A DNA stretch of 64,000 bases from Schmidtea polychroa (Eukaryota): the NCBI GenBank assembly GCA_044892525.1, contig CM097886.1, positions 139,376,001-139,440,000 on the forward strand. The letters are read 5' to 3'. The notes below the pieces were generated by a model, which saw only the letters and a program-made list of their open reading frames with translations, ran no database searches and had not been told where the DNA came from. Below are positions 1 through 11,891 of the stretch, in pieces. Within the stretch, counting starts at the first letter, position 1; every line of letters starts with the position of its first letter. Made by a program: the position numbers and the translations under genes.

Positions 1-1950
1 AACGCATGCAACAGATTCAATTACAATTGCAGTGCAAATAGAATCATCAGATAGAGCTGAGGGCTCTATGAATAAGGATGCGGCAGAAGGAGGCTCACAC
101 GTGTTGGACGCCGAGAACCAAAACATATTTGGGAATAACTATTTCAGCCTGTTAGTTTTCTTGTAAAACCTGTTTCATGAAATTACAACTATATTCTTTT
201 GCAACATTGACAGAGTAAGTTCAAAATTTTAAAAAAATTGGTTATCTTAATTTAAATTTTAGTTAAAATATATATTACCATTATACAAAAATAATTTTTT
301 ATGATTAAAAACTGTTAATCAGATAACCCAATTCCATAAGATTTATCGGATTTCTTTATTATCATATTACCATACGAACGCCCATTCTGCCATATTTAAA
401 ATGGCCGAATTTATGTTAAAAATTGAACGCAATATTACAAAATTTATCAAACTCTGCAGCCCGAATTCAAAATTTCCAGTTTGAATTAATTACTGAATCT
501 AGTAATCAAATCGAAACAAATAGATGTAAGAAAATTATATAATAAACTGACTTAATTGTAAGTTAATTTCTATTAAAATGCAACGAAAACAATTAAAATT
601 AAGAAACTGTTAAGTCGTGAAAATTCTACATTGCTAATTGGGAGAACTGTTAAGCTAGGTAAAGAACTTGGTACAAAAGCATTCAAATTGAATAAATAGG
701 GAATATAGCACTGGTATTATATATTAACTGGAAAATAACAATATCGATAATTAAGAAGCAGTAGTTTGAAACCAAATAAATAAAAAATTCATTTATGTTA
801 AACATTTATTGCCTTAAAAAGTGATTAATTTCCAAATATATTTTCTAATAACCGATGTAAATTCATATCTTGAAATTGCGTAATCTGAAATATAAAAAAA
901 TGTATTAATAACGCAAGTAAATATATAATTATTTTATTGAAATATTATAATTAAATAACTATAAAATAACTTACATAATCAAAAACAACCGGATCTCAAA
1001 GTTAAATATAGATGTCAAAGTCTAAATAATACAGAAACAAATTATTTATGAACCAATTAAATAATAAATAATAATTATTTTTTAATCAGGGTACGAATAC
1101 AATTAATCAACAATCATAAGAAATAATATCATCAGTAAAAATTTTTGATTGAGTAACAAAACTAAAATATAACTTACTATATTATGAAGTAACTAACAGA
1201 TAATTAACTCAACTAAAATTAGATGTTTAGATTAAAAGTTGTCATGATCACAATTTGACACATTTTAAAATTTACGAAATTGGATAAATTTAATAATTAA
1301 AACAAATATTTTTTTTAAAATAACAGTAAATTTATTTTTAATTATATTTAATTTAAATTTCCCTATTCAAATTTATGTAATATATTAGAGAATTTCTACA
1401 ACGTCTTATCTGAACTTCTCAATAGGGTTCACTGCAATGAATTGATTAAAAACAAGATAGCCAGCGCGAATGACATTAATGTGGTTATATATAACAATAG
1501 CAAATAAAACTAATAATAAACGATAAGTAATAAATGTGTTGTATGTTATAACAATTAAATAGTGAATATATTATTGAAATAGAATGATTTTATTATTCAA
1601 TGCCTATATTTCATTTAGAAGTCAAAACAATTCAAAGTTATAGAATTATTTTCAACTTTTACTAAGTATATTAATGTTTAAATAAAAATCGCAAAATCAT
1701 GTATCTATCGAAAAGGTACATGCATTATACTGCTAATGAAATGGTTTTATCAAGGGAAAACTTATGAATCGTGTGAACTCAGAAATGAACAATGCAAATG
1801 TTAGGATCTAAGTAGGCTTGATTTTCGATACTAAAGAGAATACTAATATAGGGCCTAATTATCCAGTAAGCACTGCGTCTAGGGCATACGAAAAAAAATT
1901 AAATTTTTTTATCATTTTTTTTATTAAGTGATTAAAAATAGAGAAATAAA

Positions 1951-2051
1951 TGTTGGATGACAAGGGTCGAGCAATCAAGGAATTTGAACTCTCAAAGTAT
2001 TATAGAGTAGGCCCGAATAGATATAGGGTGAATGTTTACATAGAGTCCTCG
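1951..2051 (+). repeat. 5' end of LTR family A (copy 1, divergent)
   Basis: Starts TGTTGGATGA like copies at 3228, 15874, 43182, 43829 and encodes LDDKGRAIKEFELSKYYRVGPNRYRVNVYIESS*. The 3' limit of the LTR was not determined. Confidence 0.6.
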
Positions 2052-3227
2052 TAGCATCAGAAGTGTCCACAATCCAATCCAAAGGATAATCAACAATATT
2101 GGTGTTCTGATCATTTGATAACTTAATCTGACTTAGTGATTATTTATTATGGTTTGCTATTTAATGACTTAATTTGAACTATCTAATCTTGGCTTAATCT
2201 TTGTATCTTATTTATTTTATTTTGGGTTATGTTTTCATATTGATGTATATTTTATTTGGGTTATATTTATTCTTTGATATGTTCAGGTCAGTAAATTAAA
2301 ATAAATTTAGGTTGCAAATTTAAATAAAAAGTAGTTGAAGGAAAAAGACAAATAAAAGCGGGATCATGCACAGAATTGATAGTAAAGGAAAGTATGATGG
2401 AAGCAGTATTAGGAAATGGCAAAAGCAGTTGCGAAAGGCAAGAATCCGGAAATCCGAGAAAAATCAATAAATTGTAAAATCATCGAAATCGAATTGGGAA
2501 CACGGGACAGGTATAGATTAGCTAATGATCAACAAGATGATAATTAGGGATATACCAGAAAATGGTTAGAAAGGGTCAAAAAGCATTCGAATGAGTTAAA
2601 ACAGAAAATCGTTAATTAATTAATTAATTGGCAAATAGAAAACCCGAGCTAATAGGAAATTCGAACCAATGGAGAACCCGAGAGATGAAGTAAATCCGAG
2701 CTCGATTAACATGAAAGTAAACAAAATGAGAATCTCGGAGGGCCATTATCAACACAGCGTGATAAATAGAGACAATCAAAGTTAGGACTATTACGAAGGA
2801 ATAGCAAAGGGAGCCAATTAATCATGGTATGGTGCAAACAACGTTCAAGGAGCCGGTTGTCAAACCATTGTCAGATAGGAGCAATCAGGTCAAAAACCGA
2901 TTAATCAAAGTGATTATTCCAGTATAAAAGCAAAGTCGAAATTCAAAATAATTGTGATTTTTTTTTGTTAAATTTCTACTTTAACTTTTTTTGTTAAATA
3001 AATAACAGCTCGCCCCGAGTGAATGGAAACAGCTCGATTTGAGCAAATAATAAAATTTTTAAAGAAAATAATTTTACATAAAATAAAAATTCTTAATAAT
3101 TAAAGAAAATAATTTTACATAAAATAAAAATTCTTAATAATTAAAGAAAATAATTTTATATAAAAATATAATTTCAGAATATATAATTTTTATAAATAAA
3201 AACATAAAAAGCACATATTTTTAAAAG

Positions 3228-4186
3228 TGTTGGATGATGAAGGTAGGCACATCACCATATTCAATCTCAACAAGTATTATAGGACTGGGCCCAAAAAATA
3301 TAGAGTCAATGTGTGCGCTGAAGAGCGTAGATAAATAAAACAGCTCAGCAGTCCAATTTCCCAACAATCCAATGCCTCAAACAATAGTAACAACCAACAA
3401 TTCAATTCCTCAAATGATAACAATAACTTTTGTGTGATAAATTATATCAAACTTTATTAACATTGATCTGTGTTTTAACTCTATTCATTTTTATTTGTGT
3501 ATAAATTTTTAGTGTATTTTACTTTATTGACATTATCAACACTCTATGTGCTTTTAACTTTATTTATTTTTATTCGATTGTAAATTTTATTGGTAAACAC
3601 AAAAAATAAATATATATATAAAGGGTAATTGATATTTATAAATAATAATAATAATAATAAAAATAATAATAATAATAGTAATAGTAATAATGGTAATAAT
3701 AATTTAAGAAAGTATTAATTAATTAATATAAGTGAATAAAAATATTTGAAATTTAATATCAGTCTGACGAGACTGAAAGCATCTAAAAATGAAATTTAAT
3801 TCAATATCAGTCTGACGAGACTGAAATAAATAACATATAAAATTTAAAATAATTAATTTATGCAAAAATTTTCTACTATATAAACGACTCACAAAGTCAG
3901 TGTAGTCGCCCAAAATTTTAGCGAAAAACTTTTATTCAAAGGTTAATCCTTAGAATAGTTTAATACCTGAATCAGAACAAAAACGATTCACATCTTGACT
4001 AAACCTACTAAGATACAGCACGTACTACACAACATATAACACTACATACATATTTGTACAGGTATTTCAGAAGAAGGATCAGAGGAATAATTGTAAAAGC
4101 ACTGCAAACTTTTTCTAGAATTGAACTTGCTTATATTTGGTAATTGTTAATTATAATAAATCTTTATACACATATTTGTTTTGTAT

Positions 4187-4267
<81 letters not shown>
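3228..4267 (+). repeat. LTR family A (copy 2), 5' part up to the internal (TA)n
   Basis: TGTTGGATGATGAAGGTAGGCACATCACC start is identical to 15874. Shares the CAAAA(T)TTAGCG...TTCAAAGG block and the TTGA(TA)n site with copies 3 and 5. Confidence 0.65.
4189..4267. repeat. (TA)n microsatellite
   Basis: Uninterrupted AT dinucleotide run. Confidence 0.98.
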
Positions 4268-4269
<2 letters not shown>

Positions 4270-5138
4270 AACCAGTAAGTTGAATGTTCCCGAATATCGA
4301 GACCTCAACAAAAGTAAATAAAAACATAATTTAATCATTGAAATATTTTTATATAAAACATAGTTAAATTTTAATAATGACACATGTTTAAAATAAATAA
4401 ATAAAATATACTAGCGCGAAGAGAAAATAATATAAATCCAAAATAAGTAGTGGTCGCCCAAAAATTTTACCATTCATACTGCAAACTAAGAAGTGAAGAT
4501 CCTTATTAGTTTTTAAATTCGAACAGTACAATTACAAAAACGTTCAAAACTGTCATACGAGAGTAAAGGATACATGGGACGACCTCACTTGGACCTGGGG
4601 GTATTTAAGACGACAGAGATTGGAAGAGAAAGATGTAAGTCGTGAGGAGTCATGAGTAGTAGTCCTAACACAGGGGCTCGCCTGCTCATGAATTCCAACC
4701 CATGAATAATAGTACTGAGACCAGTAACCATAAGGCCGAAAAAATTATCTACTTGTTTTTCAAAATTTCAATGAAAGTGAACTTCAAATCGAATTATTAA
4801 AATTAGTTAGTTTTAAAGGTAAAACATCCGAAATTATTTCAACTTTTTGTATCCATACATTAAAAAATCAGAAATTTTACTTTAAAATATGGAACATATT
4901 TTGTGTGGGCCATTGGCAGATCCAGGTCATCTAGTAAGGGGGACGATTATTTGGGTTTCAGTGCCAGCAACTAACAATCATAAAACCTGTTTAAATAATT
5001 TTGTTTTTTGAATATCAATCAATGTAACTAAGAAATGACGCCACGCATTGGTATTCCAATAATCATAATTTTAAATTTGGCTTTAGTTTTTTAAGATACC
5101 CAGGTACATACTAAGTACATACTAAGTACATACTAAGA

Positions 5139-7130
5139 TACCCAGACTTTAAAAGACAGTTTATTGTCATGACAGATGCCAGCGGGAAGGCCGTAGGGGC
5201 AGTCTTAGGACAATAAGAGGAAAAGGGTAAAGATTATGTAATAGCTTATGCAAGCAAAACATTAAAAGAAGCACAGATTAGGTACTCAACAATTGAGAAA
5301 GAATGTTATGCTATAGTTTTTGCATTAAAACAATTTAAACCATACATATATGGAACTGAAGTAGTAATTAGAACAGACCATAAGCCATTAGAAGGGTTAT
5401 TGAAACATAAAGATACATCCAGCAGACTGTTAAAATGGGCAATGAAAATACAAGACATGCACATAAAGATTGTATACAAACCAGGCAGAATAAACAGGAA
5501 TGCAGATGCATTATCACAAATTTCAGAATTAGGAGCACTAGAAGTTTTTGCATTAGTAACTGAAAAACCAATAGAAATATATGAGGAACAAATGAAAGGC
5601 ACAGAACTCTTCAAGATAAGAGAAGAAATAAAAAAGGGAACTAACCAAAAGTACAAAATCTGTAAGAAGTTAATTGTTATTGAAGATTTTAGCGGTAAAC
5701 AATAAATAGTAGTACCACAAAGATTAAGACAAATTCTTCTATTACAATATCACGATGGTGCTCTAGGAGGTCATTTATCAAGCAGGAAAACAGCAAGCAG
5801 ATTGATGCAAAAATATTTTTGGGACGAATTGAAAAAAGATGTTAAGAGATGGTGTAATGCATGCACAATATGCGCAACTAGTAAAAATACAGAAACAAAA
5901 GCTAAAGCACCTTTACACCCAATCCCAGCTACAACATCACCAATGGAACTGTGCGCAATGGATTTTTTGTGTAAACTACTCACAACAATTAATGGGAATA
6001 AGCACATACTAGTTTTTAGTGATTACTTTACCAAATGGGCAGAGGCATTTCCCACTAAAGATGAAACAGCAGAAACAGTAGCCAAATTACTTGTAGAAAA
6101 AATAATCTTTAAAATCGGTACACCGAGGAAACTATTAACGGATAAAGGAAAAAATTTCATGAGTGAAACTATAAAAAGAGTAGCTAATATATTTAACATG
6201 CATAAAATCAACACAACAGCATACCACCCTCAAACTGATGGGTTAGTAGAAAGATTCAATGGGACATTGCTAAGTAGATTAGCCGTGTTTGTGGGAAAAA
6301 ACCAAAATGATTGGGATGAATACGTCAATCAATGCACATATATTCATAACATCACACCCAATGAGACAACAGGATATTCACCATATTTTCTAATGTTCTT
6401 AAGAGAGCCTTCGACACCGATTGATACAATTTTTGAGCCTCGAGTATCACAATATTTAGATGCGCCAGATTATGTAACATTAATGCAAGAGAGATTACAA
6501 GAGGTATATAAAGTTGCAAATTTAAAAGTTAAATTTAGACAAGAACAGTACAAGGCAGATTACGATAAAAATAACAAACCTCATAATTTTAAAGTGGGAG
6601 ATAAGGTTAGAATTATGTCTCCACAAGTAGGTAAAGGCAAAACAACTAAATTAGCAAGACCATTTAAAGGACCATACGAGGTAGTAAAAGTAGTACATGA
6701 AAACCTGCATCTACAAAAACATAAAAATGAGGATATTATAATAGTACATGTTAATAGATGCAAATTAGCAGAAACAGAGTTAGTAGAAAAACCACCTCAC
6801 AAATATGGATTACGATCACAAAAAGCACTGATGATGGCAGCGATATTTCTAACAATTATAGGGTTGTGTAGATCAACAGAAATAGAAAATGAAAACATAC
6901 ACTCAGTAGAACAAATGGCTGAAAATATTTTAATCAACATTTCACCGTATAAGATTAAAGTATATAACCTAAATAAATCACCAATAAGAGACTTGTATCT
7001 GGAAACTAGGGACAATATACCCAAACTTATGAAAAAAATTGAGAATAGATCAACTAATGAATTTGAAAAAGGAGATAATGTTGAATTCATAAATTTACAA
7101 CCCAACATTAATTACACACTTTGTGCATAA
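5139..7130 (+). pseudogene. pol: Ty3/Gypsy pol, RNase H + integrase (5'-truncated, two in-frame stops)
   Basis: One frame reads YPDFKRQFIVMTDASGKAVGAVLGQ*...YSTIEKECYAIV...TDHKPL...NRNADALS (RNase H), then HDGALGGH...CNACTIC (Zn finger), CAMDF, LTDKGKNF, LVERFNGTL (DDE) and FKGPYEV. TAA stops at 5214 and 5703. Confidence 0.93.
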
Positions 7131-7666
7131 TGGAATACATTAGTTGACACATCACAGATAAGGTGCAAAAGAATAAAAACTACTACAATAAACAGACTTA
7201 GAGTAAAAAAACCAATAGGGAAAAAGATATCAACAACCAGCATAACAACAACTACTATAGATTCAATATCCACACATCCTATATCACAAACGATAACGAA
7301 TATATATATAGAAAAACGACATTTAAAGTTGTTAGACAAATATATAAAAAATTAATAATGAAAAATCCAAGACAGTCTGATAGGAAACTGATAAAATTGC
7401 CTACAGGAAAACCGATAATTATAAATAACTGGAATGAATTACAAGTCTTTCAAAAGAAAGCAAGTAAACCACAATGGCCTTTTTACGTAATAGCCAAAAA
7501 TATATTATCATTCGCGATTTTAGCAATTGTCACTAGTGTACACGTTTATAAAAATTACAAGTGGAAAAGGCAGCGGTATCGGCACCGACTGGTCAAAGAA
7601 GCACCAGGGCACTTTCACTTGGACAAATATATCCCTGGACAATATACTCTGTCCACACTTGTATAA
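6825..7666 (+). pseudogene. env-position type-I membrane protein fused in frame behind integrase (one stop, one frameshift)
   Basis: Hydrophobic ALMMAAIFLTIIGLC, FN3-like INLQPNINYTLC, Thr-rich STTSITTTTIDS, TM NILSFAILAIVTSVHVY and basic KNYKWKRQRYRHR. TAA at 7128; one extra A in the run at 7346-7351 would join ORF 7358-7666. Confidence 0.55.
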
Positions 7667-7836
7667 TAACTTAAAAAAATAAAAAAATTATGTAAATTGG
7701 TCAATGATATATAATAAAAGTATATATATTAGTATTTATATAACTGCGTATAAGGTTAAACCTCAAATGCGCAACAAGCATAAATATTTATTGTTTGTTT
7801 TTAGAATAATAATAAGAAGTCAAAGTCAAATCAGTC

Positions 7837-8536
7837 TGTGATGGAGGTTGTAGTTTTATCGTTATTATTGTTAATTATTGTTAATTTATGTTATTTTGGT
7901 GAAGATTTTGTAGAGCCCGAAAGAGTCACCGTTAAAACTTGTAGCGGGACAATCGGGGTGCGTGCTATGTTCAAAATATAATAATTACGAACAATATAAA
8001 GTTACGAATATAACGCAAAACAATAATAAAATGTTACAACTTTTAAACTTTATTATAACAAAGAAATAAAACCTCGTGTTTATCTTGGATTTTCGTAAAT
8101 TGTAGTTCCAAATATTTTCTTTGATTTTCTCTGCACTATAACCTATTTAGGAAATTTATATATCGAGAAATATGCTTCAAGTACAAATATAGTTCGATTA
8201 AAAACAACTGATTGATGAAACAGTATCTGCGTTTTCCGAAAACTTTTTTCTCCTTTCTTCACAATACTCACAATCTGTTTTGCAGTAAAATTCAAATAAG
8301 ATTTGTTAATTCTCAATATTTAATTTTCTATTTCCAACTCGACATTGATTTTTTATTTGATTTTTTTAATTTTTATTTTTGTAATTTACTATAGCGATAA
8401 TTTACTATAGTAAATTATCGCTATATAGTTTTTTATTAAAAATCTGGATTTCCCAGATGGTTGTATTTTATATTTTAGTATACACAATTCCTAATTGTGA
8501 ATACTAAAATATTAACAAAAATAACTGTACATTACA
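7837..8536 (-). repeat. 3' LTR of nested Gypsy element
   Basis: Matches 13267-13966; I found one difference (T8310 vs C13740). Confidence 0.97.
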
Positions 8537-8552
8537 TAACTTCCCCCTTTAA
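8537..8552 (-). promoter_or_regulatory. Polypurine tract
   Basis: Minus strand AAAGGGGGAAG-TTA immediately before the 3' LTR. Confidence 0.85.
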
Positions 8553-8711
8553 AACCGGAGGTTTACATGAATCAATAAAAAGTAACGTAAAAAAAATTAC
8601 ATTCAATAACCTTTTTTTTTTCGTATGTTTTATATGTTTTTGTGTATTTTGTTTCTGTTTCTTTGTATCTACAACTTCAATAAAATTAAAAATTTACATT
8701 TTGTTTTGTAT

Positions 8712-11700
8712 TTACAAGAAAAATAAAAACTGTACAATTAACGCTGTTTGTGCGTGTGTTTGTTTGTGTATGTTTGTGTTTTTATTTAAAGCATTCGCTG
8801 TAACGTTTTTTGTATGGTGGAGCCAGTATTGTGTCTTTGTCGAATATTTTGATTGAATTTTTGTGGTTGAATGTGATGTTTTTGTGAATTGGTTGTTTTT
8901 TGTTTGTGTTTGGGTTTGTGTTTTGTCTTGCGGTGAGTTGTTTTGTGGGTTTTTGTTTTGGTGATAGGGTTTTATTCGTCTTATGTTTATTTTCATTTTG
9001 TTGTTGTTTTTGATTATTGTGGCGACGTTTTTGTTAATTTCTAGGAGTTTGAATGGACCCTCGTATTTGGATTCGAATCCTTTTGTGAATGGTTTTTTTA
9101 TTAGGATGAACTCTGTTGTTAATACTATTTTTCCGTCTAATTCGGAGTCCGGTCTTCTTTTTAAAATTCCTTTTGGTTTCTGTTCGGTGGTTTCGCTATT
9201 TTTGTTTGTTATTTGTTTGCTGTTTTCCGTGTTTTTGTTTGTATCTGATTTAAGTGATGGCAAGTTTGTTGCTTTTCCGAAAATTTTGTATGCTGGACTT
9301 TCATTATCTGTTGAATTTGGGCTATTTCTTAGTCTGATTAATATTGTTGGAAGTTGGTTTAACCAGTTTTGGTCATTGGCTTTTATCCTGATGCTTTCTT
9401 TTAATGTTCTGTGAAACCGTTCGATTTTCCCATTTGATTGTGGATTGTAAGCTGTTGTTCGATTTCTTTAGATATTGTATTTATTGCACAGTATTTTGAA
9501 CATTTCTGATTCGAATTGTCTGCCTTGATCAGTTATGATTGTTTTCGGTTGGCCGTAACGAGCTATCCAGTTTAGTTCGATCATTTCGCAGATATTTTTT
9601 GCTGTGATTTCTTTTATTGGGATCGCTTCGAACCAATTGGTTTTTCTGTCTATAATTGTTAGTAGATATTTGTAGTTGTCGTTTGGTGGTAGTGGTCCTA
9701 TTACGTCTGTGTGTATTGTTTCAAACGCTTCACTGCTTGGGAAGTTTACTTTTTGTGTTTTGGGTTTTTTTGTTGTTTTATTTAATTGGCAGCTGTGGCA
9801 ACTTTTGACGTAATTCTTGATGTCTTCCCGCATGTGAGGCCATACATATTTGTTATGTATTAACTCGAATGTTATTTTGTTTCCCGGATGATTGATAGTA
9901 TGTATCGTTTTAATGCAGTCTTGTCGGAGTTCTTCGGGTAGTAGGATTCGTTTGTTGCTTTCGTTGGAGACATCGTGCCATATTCCATCGAGTTCCTGTA
10001 GTTTCAGGCTGTGTTTAGTAGGCAGTTTGCTTAATGTATCGGTTTGTCTGGATTTGATTTGATCCAATTCAATTATTTCTCCGAATTCTAGGGCGTTTAT
10101 GTCACTTTCAATTCTGGATAGAGCATCTGCTGCTATGTTTGATTTTCCTGCTACGTAGTTTATTGTGCAGTTGAATTGTGAAATGAAATTGATTTGTCTG
10201 ATCTGCCTTGGTGAAGGGTTTTTCATTTCTATTGCGTTTGTTAGCGGTTTGTGGTCTGTGAATATTTTGAAGGTTCGTCCTTCGAGTAAATGTTGAAAGT
10301 GTTTGATTGCTTCGTGTATTGCTAGGAGTTCTCTGTCGAATGTTGAGTATCTTGTTTGATGTGATTTTAGTTTTTTCGAGAAAAATCCCAGTGGTTGTTT
10401 GCCGAATTTATTTTCCTGGAAAATCGTTGCGCCCATTGCAAAACCAGAACAGTCTGTAGTTAGTTGATACTCTAGTTCTGGATCTGGGTAACCGAGTAGA
10501 GTTGCCGTTGATAGGCTTTCTTTGGCTTTATTGAATGTGTCGGTTGTTTGTTGTGTCCAGTTTATTGTTACGTTTCGTTTGGTTTTGATAATGTCGTTTA
10601 GTGGTGCCAGTAGGTTGCTGCAATTTGGGATGTAAGAATGATAAAAGTTTACCATTCCTAGAAATCTCCTCAACTCTCTTGTGTTTGTCGGCAGTTTGTA
10701 GTTTTTTATATTGTTTATTTTGTTTTCTATTGGTTGTGTTCCTTTGTCGTTTAGCGTGTGACCAAGGAAATTTATTTCCGTTTTCATAAATTCGCACTTT
10801 TGAGTGTTTATTTTTAGTTTTGCATTGTCCAGCGTTTTGAACACTTTCCACGTCCTTTAGATGTGTTTCTTTGTTTGGGCTTGTTATTAGGATGTCGTCC
10901 AGATAAGCGATTGTGTTTTTGTTGTTTTTCATTGTTTGATCCATGAATCGTTGGAAAGTTGCTGCGGCGTTTCGTAGACCGAAAGGCATTCGGTTGTATT
11001 CGAACATGCCGATCGGTGTTGTTATTGCTGTCTTTTAATGTTCTCTTTTCTAATTGGGATCTGATGATATGCTTTTTGTAGGTCAATTTTTGAAAAATAT
11101 TTTGCGCCTTTTAGTCGATTTATTATGTCTTTTATTATCGGTAATGGATAGCTGTCGGGCTCTGTTATTTTGTTCAGGAGTCTGTAATCGCCACAAGCTC
11201 TCCATTCCCCGTTAGCTTTTTGTTTTAGCATCAGTGCTGAAGACCATTCTGAGTTTGAATGTTTTACTATATTATTTTCCAACAGTTCGTTAAATATATT
11301 TTTTGTGATTTCTATTTTTTTTGGATCCAGTGGTCTTACTTTTCAGTGGACTGGGTTTCCGTTTGTCAGTATTGCGTGTTCAGTAGTGTGGTTTGAATTT
11401 CCATCGAAAGTTACTGGTTCGCAGAGTTTATTGTATTTTGCCAGTAGTGTGACTATTTCTGGTACGTGTTCAATAGTTTTAATTGTTTTGATAGTTGGTG
11501 TACTTGTTTGAATCACGCCGATGTCTACTTTCGAAAAGTTTGAAGTTGTGTTCCTGGCTGTTTCTTTGTCTGTTTTGTTGTTTTCGACTATTTTCTTGTT
11601 TCGACAGTCCACTATTAGGTTGTAATTTGCTAAGAAATCGGCCCCGATTATTGACTGTTGTACTTCTGCGATTGTGAATGGCCAACTGTATTTTTTTGAA

Positions 11701-11891
11701 TTTATTGTGAGTGTTATTGTATATTGGCCAAATGTTTTAATTTTGGAGCCATTGGCAGCGGTTAGTGACTTTTCTGTAGTTTTTGCATTTGTGTATAAGT
11801 AGTGTGGTAATAGGGAGATCTGTATTGTTTGAATGCACCGTGAAAGTATTATTATTGTCACCAAATGTGGGTGCTATCAATGGTGACATTT
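8712..11891 (-). pseudogene. pol: pol (PR-RT-RNase H-IN) of nested element with five lesions
   Basis: Motifs: LTAANG...IIGADFL (PR); WRACGDYRLLN, RMPFGLRNA, YLDD (RT); TTDCSG, TDHKPL (RH); HPG...CHSC, HTDVIGP, TDQGRQF, IERFHR, EGPF (IN). Lesions: frame break at the PR active site, TGA at 11343, frameshifts near 11030 and 10845, TAA at 9468. Confidence 0.93.

Noticed and set aside
1-166. Open frame at the window start (THATDSITIAVQIESSDRAEG...)
   Set aside because: Truncated, with no recognisable motif; cannot be called a host exon.
3758-3825. Two tandem CTGACGA-GACT-GAAA motifs resembling a minimal hammerhead ribozyme core
   Set aside because: No stem III/NUH or stem I complement found; better explained as a short duplicated TCAGTC/GACTGA hairpin.
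4147-4383. ORF with poly-IY
   Set aside because: Translation of the (TA)n microsatellite.
8212-8394. Identical 60-aa ORFs at 8212 and 13642
   Set aside because: Incidental antisense frames within the duplicated LTR.
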